NCBI GenBank assembly: GCA_963693025.1
Contig: OY843749.1
Location: forward strand, 2,381,615-2,445,614
DNA: 64,000 bases
From: Arenicellales bacterium
Lineage (GTDB): Bacteria > Pseudomonadota > Gammaproteobacteria > Arenicellales > Poriferihabitantaceae
Reading direction: 5' to 3'
Below the pieces are notes generated by a model. It made no database searches. It was not told the origin of the DNA and worked only from the letters and a program-made list of their open reading frames with translations. The stretch's first letter is position 1, and every line of letters begins with the position of its first letter. The position numbers and the translations under genes were made by a program. Positions 19,503 through 28,357 of the stretch are shown one piece after another.

Positions 19503-20731
19503 GGGAATTACATACATAAATCCGCAGAAAAAACATTTGACATTTCATTCTTGTTTGCCGCAAAATCCGCGAATACGGCAATAAAGCCAATCGTGGGGGA
19601 TTTTTGATATGAAAAAGAGGGTAGCGAACACAATCAGCATTATTGAGTTGTTAGACAAATTTACCAGCGAGGATAAGGCGGTAGAATGGTTGGAGGGTGT
19701 TCTTTGGGGTGGCACGCCGACCTGTGCCCATTGTGGCAGTATTGAGGGCATTGGCACGGCGAGGAGTAAGGCGTATACCTATTGGTGCGGTGATTGTCGC
19801 AAGCATTTTACGGTAAAAACTGGCACGATAATGCATGCGTCCAAACTGCCGATGAGGAAATGGGTTGTGGCGATTTACTATTTGCTGACTGCCCGCAAAG
19901 GCATCAGTAGTTTGCGGTTATCCAAAGAATTAAGTATTACCCAAAAATCGGCTTGGCACATGCTCCACCGCATCCGTGCGGCTTGTAGCGATAGCGGTTA
20001 TTCGTTGACCGGCATCGTTGAAATTGACGAGACCTACATCGGCGGCAAAGAGGGCAACAAGCACGCCAGCAAGAAACTATGCGCTGGCAGGGGTGGCGTA
20101 GGCAAGCAGGCGGTAATCGGTATGCGCGAGCGTGGCGGGCGCACAAAGGCGAAACCGATAGCCAGCACCGATATAACCACCATGCGCCGCGAAATCGGCG
20201 GAACGGTGGAGTTTGGGGCTACAATCTACACGGACGAGCACCGCTCCTATGACCGCCTACACACCGCCTATCAGCACGGCACGGTCAAGCACTCGGCAAA
20301 GGAATATGTCAATGGAATGGCACACACAAACGGCATTGAGAGCGTTTGGGCGGTATTGAAACGCGGCTACAATGGCGTTTATCATAATTGGAGCGTCAAG
20401 CACATGGCACGATACATTGATGAGTTCGCATTCCGCCTCAATGAGGGCAATGTTGAGCGTGACACCATTGATAGGATGGAGTCGCTATGCGCTAATATCA
20501 TCGGCAAACGATTGCCATACAAAGAACTAATCAAATGAGCGATGAAAAAAGCCAATCTCAAAGAAAGTGACCTAAAACACGCCGCAAAGGAAATACTGCT
20601 ATCAAAACGCGGGTTGCCGCCGGCTAATCTGGGCGACAAGCACCCAACGCCAGAACAGGCAAAGCGTAAATATCGACTTGTTCGTGCCGCCGAGTAAATA
20701 TGCGGCTTGCGGATTTATGTATGTAATTCCC
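19503..20731 (+). mobile_element. IS1595-family insertion sequence (about 1.23 kb)
   Basis: Perfect 24-bp terminal inverted repeats: GGGAATTACATACATAAATCCGCA at 19503-19526 and its reverse complement at 20708-20731. They bracket a single DDE transposase gene. I could not identify a target-site duplication. Confidence 0.85.
19609..20538 (+). CDS. IS1595-family transposase
   Basis: N-terminal zinc-ribbon (CAHCGS...YWCGDCRKHFTVKTGT), HTH region (GISSLRLSKELSITQKSAWHMLHRIR), IVEIDETYIGG and a C-terminal DDE-type region. This architecture is typical of ISXO2/IS1595 transposases. Confidence 0.85.
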   Translation: MKKRVANTISIIELLDKFTSEDKAVEWLEGVLWGGTPTCAHCGSIEGIGTARSKAYTYWCGDCRKHFTVKTGTIMHASKLPMRKWVVAIYYLLTARKGISSLRLSKELSITQKSAWHMLHRIRAACSDSGYSLTGIVEIDETYIGGKEGNKHASKKLCAGRGGVGKQAVIGMRERGGRTKAKPIASTDITTMRREIGGTVEFGATIYTDEHRSYDRLHTAYQHGTVKHSAKEYVNGMAHTNGIESVWAVLKRGYNGVYHNWSVKHMARYIDEFAFRLNEGNVERDTIDRMESLCANIIGKRLPYKELIK

Positions 20732-20836
20732 CTATTAATTCCCGGGTTGAGCGAAGAAAAAGGATGGTAAAAAAGAATTGTCGTAGCCATAATTTCAAAT
20801 TTCTTTTATGCGATCGACAAGGGAGAATTAGAGGTC

Positions 20837-21892
20837 ATGGTGGAATGTAGCGATAGTTCTGCTATTATTATTGACCATGATAATTTGCCAAATTTATTGG
20901 GTTGCACACAACAAAACGATAATCAAGAAAATCCCTCAAAACTCCTTGGCGGCTTGTGGGATGATGAAAATATCAAGACTGCACGCGCTTACTATCAAGC
21001 ACTTAAACAGGATCCAATTGAAAAGGAAACAGGAATTTTGGGACACTGCTATTTGTGGATTAAGGAGGAATTAAATTTCCCACAGAGTGTTGCGATATTG
21101 CGACGTGGCATGAAAATAACCGACGACCAACCTCACTTGAAGCGTTGGGATACCTGTTCAGATTTCGTGGCTGTGTGTATGTGTGATAGTGATGAAGGTA
21201 ATGCGCTGTTGCGACGCATGGAAAATCCTGCCCACGATGCTTTTGAATATCAACGATTAGGTAAAGATTCGGGTCGTGGCAGAAAGGCGCTGAGGGAATT
21301 AACTGAATGGATTCGAAGTGAAGTTAAGAAAATCACGGAAGAACCCGTAGAGCAATCATTTCAGTTGGATACGTTAAGTGATTATTTTCCATCGGAAGAT
21401 GATGACTTACCAGGCGAAAACAGTGAGAGAGATTTTGACGGAAGTTCCATAATTTCATTAACCCCAACCTCACTCAAACCCCAAAACACTTCCGACGTTG
21501 ATGACGATGAGGAGGGCAACGGGGGAGAAGGGACCGAAGAGGGCAGTGGTAGTAGTAATGGTGGCGGAACCAGTGGTGATAACGGTGGTTCTAACCGTAC
21601 TGCAGTAGCAATGAAAATTGAATCTATCCGCGTCATCCGAACAAAAAAGGGAGATGTGAAACACGTCAGATTCACGCCCAAGGAAACTGGTGTGGGTGTG
21701 TTATCGGTGAAAATTGCAGGAGACAGTTTCACTGAAAGGGTTGGTATTAAAAATATTGATGGCGTCAAAGTTAAAAAAACAACATCTGGCTTATCTCTAA
21801 ACGTGGAGAAAGATAAGCGCATCGCTATGAATATTGAACTTTCCGAATCAACGGACGCATCCTTGTCCATCACGCTCACACAGAAAAAATAA
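20837..21892 (+). CDS. Hypothetical protein A of AT-rich 3-gene cassette (351 aa; acidic/Gly-rich linker plus beta-rich C-terminal domain)
   Basis: SD-like GGGAGA..AGAGG upstream of the ATG. AT-rich codon usage foreign to the flanks. Low-complexity DDDEEGNGGEGTEEGSGSSNGGGTSGDNGGSN linker followed by a ~100-aa beta-rich domain. No family recognised with confidence. An in-frame stop at 20768 argues against simple read-through from the IS end. Confidence 0.6.
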   Translation: MVECSDSSAIIIDHDNLPNLLGCTQQNDNQENPSKLLGGLWDDENIKTARAYYQALKQDPIEKETGILGHCYLWIKEELNFPQSVAILRRGMKITDDQPHLKRWDTCSDFVAVCMCDSDEGNALLRRMENPAHDAFEYQRLGKDSGRGRKALRELTEWIRSEVKKITEEPVEQSFQLDTLSDYFPSEDDDLPGENSERDFDGSSIISLTPTSLKPQNTSDVDDDEEGNGGEGTEEGSGSSNGGGTSGDNGGSNRTAVAMKIESIRVIRTKKGDVKHVRFTPKETGVGVLSVKIAGDSFTERVGIKNIDGVKVKKTTSGLSLNVEKDKRIAMNIELSESTDASLSITLTQKK

Positions 21893-21893
21893 A

Positions 21894-22736
21894 ATGCAGT
21901 GGGTAGCTAATAAAACATTTCCGCACCCGGTGCTTTCTACAGAAAGCCCGCCACCGGAGCGCGACTACATGAATCGAGAGTTCCAGGTAACTCCCAATTT
22001 GGAAATACAGTCCGACGAAAGCGTACTCTTAACGTTGACCTGTGAATTGAGTGAAAAATCACTTTTGCAACTTATCGACAAAAGTAAGGCTGAATACGCA
22101 GTGGAAGTGCATTGCCGAAAAACTTATGTTCGTCATTTATTGTCGAGAAAAAACAAACAGTTTTCCTTCAAATTTCCACGGGGGACATTGCACGAACGCG
22201 TGGAAATTTCTGCTTATATTGTTTGCACCGATAATGTAACAGGGCACACCAGCACAGCATTACATCCAGAATTTGGGAAAAATGCTAAATTTAATTTCGT
22301 GCCCGGTGATGTACTAGCGAGAATGTATCCAACCGTTTATTGGGTAGAGCCAGAATTTGCGAAAAAAATCGGATCGATTTTTGAATTACACCCCTCAGAC
22401 AAGATACCTAGAGGAAGTTTCAGCATTGGTTGGGACGAACCAAAAGTGCAGATTTTAATGCACAGCACTGATGCCGCGAAATTTAAAGGATTACAGAGTA
22501 GTCAACATATGTTGCCATATCTTTTGGCTTCCGTCTGTTTGATTGCTGTAACGGAAACATTACGAATAATGGTATTGGAGGAAAATGCATACAGTGAAAA
22601 AAAATGGTTCCACGTTATAAGTCACAAAATTAATGAGAAAGGAATTAAATTAAAGGAGAACACCACATTTTCTGAGTTAGCACAAGAATTACTTGATTTT
22701 CCGGTAGGACGAATACTGTTTAGCGAGGGGTCTTGA
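21894..22736 (+). CDS. Hypothetical protein B of 3-gene cassette (280 aa)
   Basis: The ATG lies 1 nt after the gene A stop. N-terminus MQWVANKTFPHPVLS...ERDY. No family recognised. The track's 21834 start overlaps gene A. Confidence 0.6.
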   Translation: MQWVANKTFPHPVLSTESPPPERDYMNREFQVTPNLEIQSDESVLLTLTCELSEKSLLQLIDKSKAEYAVEVHCRKTYVRHLLSRKNKQFSFKFPRGTLHERVEISAYIVCTDNVTGHTSTALHPEFGKNAKFNFVPGDVLARMYPTVYWVEPEFAKKIGSIFELHPSDKIPRGSFSIGWDEPKVQILMHSTDAAKFKGLQSSQHMLPYLLASVCLIAVTETLRIMVLEENAYSEKKWFHVISHKINEKGIKLKENTTFSELAQELLDFPVGRILFSEGS

Positions 22737-22740
22737 AAAA

Positions 22741-23526
22741 ATGGTCGAACGAATCATAATTCTGAAGCAAGAAAGTGTTAACGCATTGCGTAACAGTATT
22801 GCTGACAACATAAGTCGTTATGAAAGTAGCAACCCCGACTGGGCGAGTATTCTTGACACGAATTATGCACGTGAAACTCGTGTTGAAATTAATGGATCAA
22901 TTAGTGATTGCTTTGCATCGGAAGATTTTCAGACAATGAAGAATAAAGAAGACATTATGAAGAATGAAGTAAAACGTTGTATTACAGTTTATGAGACATT
23001 AAAGAATTTGACTCCCCAACAAGCAACGGATGAAAGAGTCTGGACATATCTAACCCATTTTACTTTTTGGGATTATGCCCGTATCCGCTGGACACCTCTG
23101 CCAAAAGATCATGACAAGAAAATTCAAAGTATTAAATCTCACTTTTTCTTGTCGGGAGTGCGTGGTATGGTGCGCGATAATTCTATTTCGCGCTTGTGGT
23201 GGATGGCCTATGTGTGTGATCGTGTGAAAAATTGCTCTTTGGAAAAGGCGTTGAATGCATTGCTTTATATGGAAGATGTTCGAAAAGAGATCATGGAGCG
23301 TGCGACTTTTTGTCGTAGCGAACCTATATTGAACGCTTTAATGAAAGCTTTGGTAAAGTCTCACGAAAGTACAGACAAAAAACTACACGACCGAGAAACA
23401 TTTAGGCAATTAAGCAAACAATTGAACCGTATTGGCGGGAAACTAGTATTAGATTCATTAAAACAAACTAATCTGGACACGTTGGTGGAAAGTATTATTA
23501 AAGATATCCTTGCAGAAAAAGAGTAA
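22741..23526 (+). CDS. Hypothetical protein C of 3-gene cassette (261 aa)
   Basis: The ATG lies 4 nt after the gene B stop, with GAGGGG SD upstream. Conserved-looking core DERVWTYLTHFTFWDYARIRW...SRLWWMAY. No family recognised with confidence. Confidence 0.6.
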   Translation: MVERIIILKQESVNALRNSIADNISRYESSNPDWASILDTNYARETRVEINGSISDCFASEDFQTMKNKEDIMKNEVKRCITVYETLKNLTPQQATDERVWTYLTHFTFWDYARIRWTPLPKDHDKKIQSIKSHFFLSGVRGMVRDNSISRLWWMAYVCDRVKNCSLEKALNALLYMEDVRKEIMERATFCRSEPILNALMKALVKSHESTDKKLHDRETFRQLSKQLNRIGGKLVLDSLKQTNLDTLVESIIKDILAEKE

Positions 23527-23637
23527 CATGGAACACCGCAAATTAAACTATGTACAGTGCTTCATTCGGCAACCGAAAATCCCAATTCAAGGTATAATCG
23601 GACAGGCTACGCCCAACTAACTACCTCGGAACTATTG

Positions 23638-24069
23638 ATGAAATCACTGAACCTTTTGCTTTTTGCGCTACTCGCCGCGCTGACGCTAACCCTCCCCGCA
23701 TCCGCCGACCACAACTCCCCCGAGGCGTTGAAGGCGCGGATTGCGCCGGAGGGGCGGTTGAATGTGGTGGGGGCGGGGGAGGGGGTTGAGAATGTGGCGG
23801 ATGTTGCGGCGGAGCCGCAGGGGGCGGAGGGGGTTTATGAGAGCGTTTGTGCGGTGTGTCATTCGGCGGGGATTGCCGGGGCGCCGCGCACGGGGGATGT
23901 GGCGGGGTGGGAGTCGCGCATTGCGCAGGGGATGGCGGCGCTGGTGGAGCATGCGGTTGACGGCTTTCAGGGGGCGACCGGGGTGATGCCGCCGAAAGGG
24001 GGGAACGCGGCGCTGAGCGATGACGAGGTGGCGGCGGCGGTGGAGTATATGGTGGAGTTGTCGCGCTGA
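23638..24069 (+). CDS. Cytochrome c5-family c-type cytochrome (secreted)
   Basis: Signal peptide MKSLNLLLFALLAALTLTLPASA. Heme-binding CAVCH followed by ..GAPRTGD...W..R...G...L..HA..G..GMPPKGG, as in cytochrome c5. Start set at ATG 23638. Confidence 0.8.
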   Translation: MKSLNLLLFALLAALTLTLPASADHNSPEALKARIAPEGRLNVVGAGEGVENVADVAAEPQGAEGVYESVCAVCHSAGIAGAPRTGDVAGWESRIAQGMAALVEHAVDGFQGATGVMPPKGGNAALSDDEVAAAVEYMVELSR

Positions 24070-24080
24070 GCGGCGTTGTT

Positions 24081-24884
24081 ATGGACATGACTGCGAAAGC
24101 GACGGCGGAAACGGAATCGGCGCTGTTGTGCGCGCGCGAAAATGGCGTTGAGACGCTGACGCTTAACCGCCCCGCGCAATACAACGCGTTGTCGGAGGAT
24201 TTGCTGAGCGCGCTGGATGCGGCGCTTGACCGGGTGGCGGGGGATGATGCCGTGCGCGTGGTGGTGCTCGGTGCCAACGGCAAGGCGTTCTGCGCCGGGC
24301 ACGACTTGAAACAGATGCGGCGCAACGACGACCACGCCTACCAGCACGAGTTGTTTTCCAAGTGCAGCGCGATTATGACCAAACTGACGAGCCTGCCGCA
24401 GCCGGTGATTGCCAAAGTGCAGGGGATGGCGACCGCCGCCGGCTGCCAACTGGTGGCGACTTGTGACCTCGCGGTGGCTGTCAACACCGCGCAGTTCGCC
24501 GTGTCGGGCGTGCGCGTCGGGTTGTTTTGTTCCACGCCGGCGGTCGCGCTGAGCCGCAATGTGTCGCGCAAGCGGGCGATGGAGATGTTGCTCACCGGAG
24601 ATTTCATCGATGCCGAAACCGCGCTGCATTACGGCTTGATTAACCACTCGGTGGCGGTCGATGAACTGGACGCCGCCGTTGAGCAACTAGCGGGCAACAT
24701 CGCATCCAAACCGCCGCGCGTCATTCAACTCGGCAAGCGGCGTTTTTATGAACAACTTGAGCAGGGGCTCGACAACGCCTATGCCGGGGCGACCGACACC
24801 ATGGCGGGCAACATGATGTTGCCGGAAACCCGCGAGGGAATCGACGCCTTCATCGAAAAACGCGCGCCGAATTGGCCGCGCTGA
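24081..24884 (+). CDS. Enoyl-CoA hydratase/isomerase (crotonase) family protein
   Basis: LTLNRP...NALS......L.......D..VRVVVL.G.GKAFCAGHDLK, then the oxyanion-hole region IAKVQGMATAAGCQLV..CDLAVA. Typical crotonase fold. Confidence 0.8.
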   Translation: MDMTAKATAETESALLCARENGVETLTLNRPAQYNALSEDLLSALDAALDRVAGDDAVRVVVLGANGKAFCAGHDLKQMRRNDDHAYQHELFSKCSAIMTKLTSLPQPVIAKVQGMATAAGCQLVATCDLAVAVNTAQFAVSGVRVGLFCSTPAVALSRNVSRKRAMEMLLTGDFIDAETALHYGLINHSVAVDELDAAVEQLAGNIASKPPRVIQLGKRRFYEQLEQGLDNAYAGATDTMAGNMMLPETREGIDAFIEKRAPNWPR

Positions 24885-24932
24885 GTTCGGCGGGCAAGCG
24901 ATAAGTCGAACGTGAGCAATAACGACTCAGCG

Positions 24933-26036
24933 ATGAAAAATTATAAAATCGCGGTGCTTGCCGGGGACGGCATCGGCGAGGAAATTATGCGGCAGGCGGT
25001 CAAGGCGTTGCGCTTTGTCGAGCAGCGCGTTGAGGCGTCGTTTGAACTCATTCCGGCGCCGTTCGGCGCCGCCGCTTGGTTTGAGACCGGGCAAAGTTTT
25101 CCGGATGAAACCAAGGCGATTTGCGACCACGCGGACGCCATCATCAAGGGTCCCATCGGGCTCGGCTTTGATGCGTCCAAAAAAATTCCGCCGGACGAGC
25201 AGCCGGAAAGAGGCGGGCTGTTGCCGATGCGCAGGCGCTACGACACTTACGCCAATTTCCGCCCGGTGCGCCTGCCGGCGGGGCTCGCGCATTTTTCGCC
25301 GCTCAAGCCGGAAATCATCGGCGGCGGCGTGGACATCATGATCATCCGCGAACTGGTGGGGGGCGTGTATTTCGGCGAGAAGGAAGTCGGCGTGAACGAG
25401 CGCGGGTTGCGCTATGTCAGCGAGCGCCTCGACTACGATGAATTTCAGATTGAGCGAATCGCCCGCATCGCGTTTGAGACCGCGCACAAACGAAAGAAAA
25501 AACTGCACAGCATCCACAAGAGCAATGTGTTGAAGTCGAGCGTGTTGTGGTGCGAAGTCGTGGAAGAAGTCGGGCGCGATTTTCCCGATGTGCAAGTGGA
25601 AAACGTGCTGGTCGATGCGGCTGCGACTTACCTGTGCTTGGACCCAGGGCAGTTTGATGTGATGGTTATGGAAAACTTGTTTGGCGACATACTAAGCGAC
25701 CAAGCCGGCGGCATTCTCGGCTCGCTCGGCTTGATGCCTTCGGCCTGCATCGGTCCCGACAAGGCATACTATGAGCCGTCGCACGGCTCGGCGCCCGACA
25801 TTGCCGGCAAGAACATCGCCAACCCGTATTCGATGATCGGCTCGGTGGCGATGATGCTGGAGATGAGTTTTGCGATGGAGGCGGAGGCGCGCAACCTGTG
25901 GCGCGCGATGCAGTCGGTGTTCACCGACGGTTATTCCACGCCGGATTTGTCGCGCCCCGGCGCCGACATCACCATGGTCAGCACCGACGAGTTTGGCGAC
26001 CGCGTGATTGCGGCGTTGGAGGAGCCGGAGGATTGA
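24933..26036 (+). CDS. Isocitrate/isopropylmalate dehydrogenase-family oxidoreductase (LeuB/tartrate dehydrogenase-like)
   Basis: MKNYKIAVLAGDGIGEEIM.., ..YANFRPV.., IIRELVGGVYFG, NLFGDILSD, and HGSAPDIAGKNIANP (family signature). Substrate cannot be assigned from sequence reading alone. Confidence 0.8.
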   Translation: MKNYKIAVLAGDGIGEEIMRQAVKALRFVEQRVEASFELIPAPFGAAAWFETGQSFPDETKAICDHADAIIKGPIGLGFDASKKIPPDEQPERGGLLPMRRRYDTYANFRPVRLPAGLAHFSPLKPEIIGGGVDIMIIRELVGGVYFGEKEVGVNERGLRYVSERLDYDEFQIERIARIAFETAHKRKKKLHSIHKSNVLKSSVLWCEVVEEVGRDFPDVQVENVLVDAAATYLCLDPGQFDVMVMENLFGDILSDQAGGILGSLGLMPSACIGPDKAYYEPSHGSAPDIAGKNIANPYSMIGSVAMMLEMSFAMEAEARNLWRAMQSVFTDGYSTPDLSRPGADITMVSTDEFGDRVIAALEEPED

Positions 26037-26081
26037 GGTTGGGGGTTGTGTGGGTTTATGCGGGAATTCCAAAGTAGTACT

Positions 26082-26795
26082 CGTCATTCTCGAGCGGTAG
26101 AAAATAGGGAGCCCCACAACCCCGTCATTCTCGAACGGTAGAAAATAGGGAGCCGATAGGCGACCATATTTTCTTCGATTCGGGAATCTCCCTAAGACTA
26201 CCGTGAATTCCAACAAAGCCCGTGCCAACCTTAGGGAGATTCCCGAGGACGCAAGTGTCCGTAAGCCGCCGCAAAAGAAAAAGCGCGGCGACAACGGACA
26301 CTAACGCTCGAGAATGACGGGTATAACTCGTCATTCTCGAACGATAGAAAAATAGGGAGCGCCAGCGACCATATTTTTGTTTGTATCATCCCTGATACAA
26401 ACCCTTCGGGCTACGCGAAAATCCGCTCCCGGCGGATTTTTCATCGCCTTCGGGAATCTCCCTAAGGCTAGCGTGAATTTCAACAAAGCCCGTGCCAGTC
26501 TTAGGGAGATTCCCGAGGTCGTAAGTGTCCGTAAGCCGCCGCTAAAAGAAAAAGCGCGGCGGCAACGGACACTAACGCTCGAAATGACGGGTATAACTCG
26601 TCATTCTCGAACGGTAGAAAATAGGGAGCCGGTAGGCGACCATATTTTCTTCGATTCGGGAATCTCCCTAAGGCTACCGTGAACTCCAACAAAGCCCGTG
26701 CCAGTCTTAGGGAGATTCCCGAGGACGTAAGTGTCCGTAAGCCGCCGCAAAAGAAAAAGCGCGGCGGCAACGGACACTAACGCTCGAGAATGACG
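26082..26795. repeat. GTCATTCTCGA-family repeat, locus 4: three complete elements in tandem (the middle one carries a nested ~60-bp insertion)
   Basis: Elements span about 26082-26317, 26326-26592 and 26600-26795. Each runs head unit, GGGAATCTCCCTAAGG / CTTAGGGAGATTCCC hairpin, GTGTCCGTAAGCCGCCGC / GCGGCGGCAACGGACAC hairpin, then TCGAGAATGACG terminus. Junctions are GGGTATAACT. Confidence 0.9.
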
Positions 26796-26801
26796 ATTCA
26801 C

Positions 26802-28004
26802 CTACAACCCCACCATCGCCTCATAAATCTCCCGGTCGGTTGCGCCCTCGGTGCCCAATACCAGTACACAACTACGCGCATCCAACCCCAAAGCAACTTT
26901 AAGTTCCGAATCAACACACGCCGCCAAACACCCAGCCAGCCCGGCGACCGCCGATTCTCCCGCTTCGACTGGTGGTTTGCCGTGTGCCAGTAGTTGCATT
27001 ACGGGGGCGACCAGGTCGTCGGTGATGGTTAGGAAGTCGTCGGCAGCCGGTGACAGCACGTCCCATGCCAGTTGCGATACTTCGCCGCAGGAGAGGCCTG
27101 CCATGACGGTTTCTTCGGTGATGTGCACTTCGGTGGCGCGGTTGTTGCGGGCGCTTTGGAATAGGCAGTCGGCGAGTTGCGGCTCGACCACGACAAAGCG
27201 CGGGCGGGCGTCCTCCAGTTTTTCCCATAGCCAGGCCGCCACCGATGCCGCCAGTCCGCCGACGCCGCCTTGCACGAAGACATGCGTCAACGCGGCGTCG
27301 CGCGGCAACTGCTTGGTTGTTTCTTCCGGCATTACGCTGTAGCCCGCCATCACATCGCGCGGCACTTCGGTGTAGCCGGGGTATGAGGTGTCCGACACCA
27401 CGTGCCATCGGTTGGCGCCGGCTTCCTCAGCCGCGAGGCGAACCGACTCGTCGTAGTTGCCGCGGATGCGGACGACTTCGGCGCCCAAATCCCGCATCGC
27501 CTGCGCGCGGCGCTCGCTGACCCCGGCGTGAATGTAGATGCGGCAGCGGCAGCCAAAGCGCGCGGCGCCCCAGGCGACCGAGCGACCGTGATTGCCGTCG
27601 GTTGCGGTCACCACGGTGGCACGCGCGGCGATTGCGCTGAACTTCCCGTCTTCGAGGTCGCGCGCGGAAGCGCGTTCCCCGGTTTGCTCCAGGATTTGCC
27701 GCCGCAACAAACACAGCACCGCATACGCCCCGCCGAGCGCCTTGAAACTGCCCAGCCCGAAGCGGCTCGCCTCGTCCTTGTAGTAAATCGCGCCCACGCC
27801 AAACTCGTCCGCCACACCGCTCAAGCAGACGAGCGGGGTCGGGCGGTAACCGCGCCAAGTCGCAATCTCACGGCTCGCCTCGGCGCTTGCCGCCAGATTG
27901 AAATTGCAGCGCAGCGATTCGGGATAGGGGATTGCACCGGCGCGGTGGTGGTTGGCTTGATGTTTGACTTGGGCGTTTGTAAAGGGTTGGCGGTTGGTTT
28001 TCAT
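26802..28004 (-). CDS. dpaL: Diaminopropionate ammonia-lyase (PLP-dependent)
   Basis: ..W.GY.PTPL......A...GV..IYYKDEASRFGLGSFKALGGAYAV..., TATDGNHGRSVAWGA..FG. This matches the YgeX/DpaL family (PLP Lys in SFKALGG). Confidence 0.8.
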   Translation of the reverse strand: MKTNRQPFTNAQVKHQANHHRAGAIPYPESLRCNFNLAASAEASREIATWRGYRPTPLVCLSGVADEFGVGAIYYKDEASRFGLGSFKALGGAYAVLCLLRRQILEQTGERASARDLEDGKFSAIAARATVVTATDGNHGRSVAWGAARFGCRCRIYIHAGVSERRAQAMRDLGAEVVRIRGNYDESVRLAAEEAGANRWHVVSDTSYPGYTEVPRDVMAGYSVMPEETTKQLPRDAALTHVFVQGGVGGLAASVAAWLWEKLEDARPRFVVVEPQLADCLFQSARNNRATEVHITEETVMAGLSCGEVSQLAWDVLSPAADDFLTITDDLVAPVMQLLAHGKPPVEAGESAVAGLAGCLAACVDSELKVALGLDARSCVLVLGTEGATDREIYEAMVGL

Positions 28005-28052
28005 TTGCTATAGTGTCGGTTGAGGTGTGGTGGAGTTTACAATGAAGTAACT

Positions 28053-28334
28053 CGTCATTCTCGAGCGTTAGTGTCCGTTGTCGCCGCGCTTTTTCTTTTA
28101 AGCGGCGGCTTACGGACACTTGCGTCCTCGGGAATCTCCCTAAGATTGGCACGGGCTTCGGTAAAGTCCACGGTAGTATTAGGGAGATTCCCGAAGGTGA
28201 TGAAAAATATAGTCGCTGGCGCTCTTTATTTTTCTATCATTCGAGAATGACGAAGTTGGGGCTCCTTATTTTTCTATCATTCGAGAATGACGAAGTGGTG
28301 GGGGCGCCCTATTTTCTATCGTTCGGGAATGACG
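28053..28334. repeat. GTCATTCTCGA-family repeat, locus 5 (inverted orientation, three head units at the right end)
   Basis: Starts CGTCATTCTCGAGCGTTAGTGTCCGTTGTCGCCGCGC.., ends with three copies of ..CTATC(A/G)TTCG(A/G)GAATGACGAAG. Confidence 0.9.
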
Positions 28335-28357
28335 AAGTTGCATGACGAAATTATTTA

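Noticed and set aside
19495-20740. Target-site duplication for the IS1595-family element.
   Set aside because: The left flank (..AAAAATAA) and right flank (CCTATTAA..) do not match. Either the insertion was accompanied by a rearrangement or the neighbouring island arrived later. No TSD is claimed.
20732-20836. Read-through evidence that cassette gene A is the truncated 3' part of a gene broken by the IS1595 insertion.
   Set aside because: In gene A's frame there is a stop at 20768-20770, between the IS end and the ATG, and a plausible SD precedes the ATG. Truncation therefore cannot be shown from this sequence. It is kept only as a hypothesis needing homologue length comparison.
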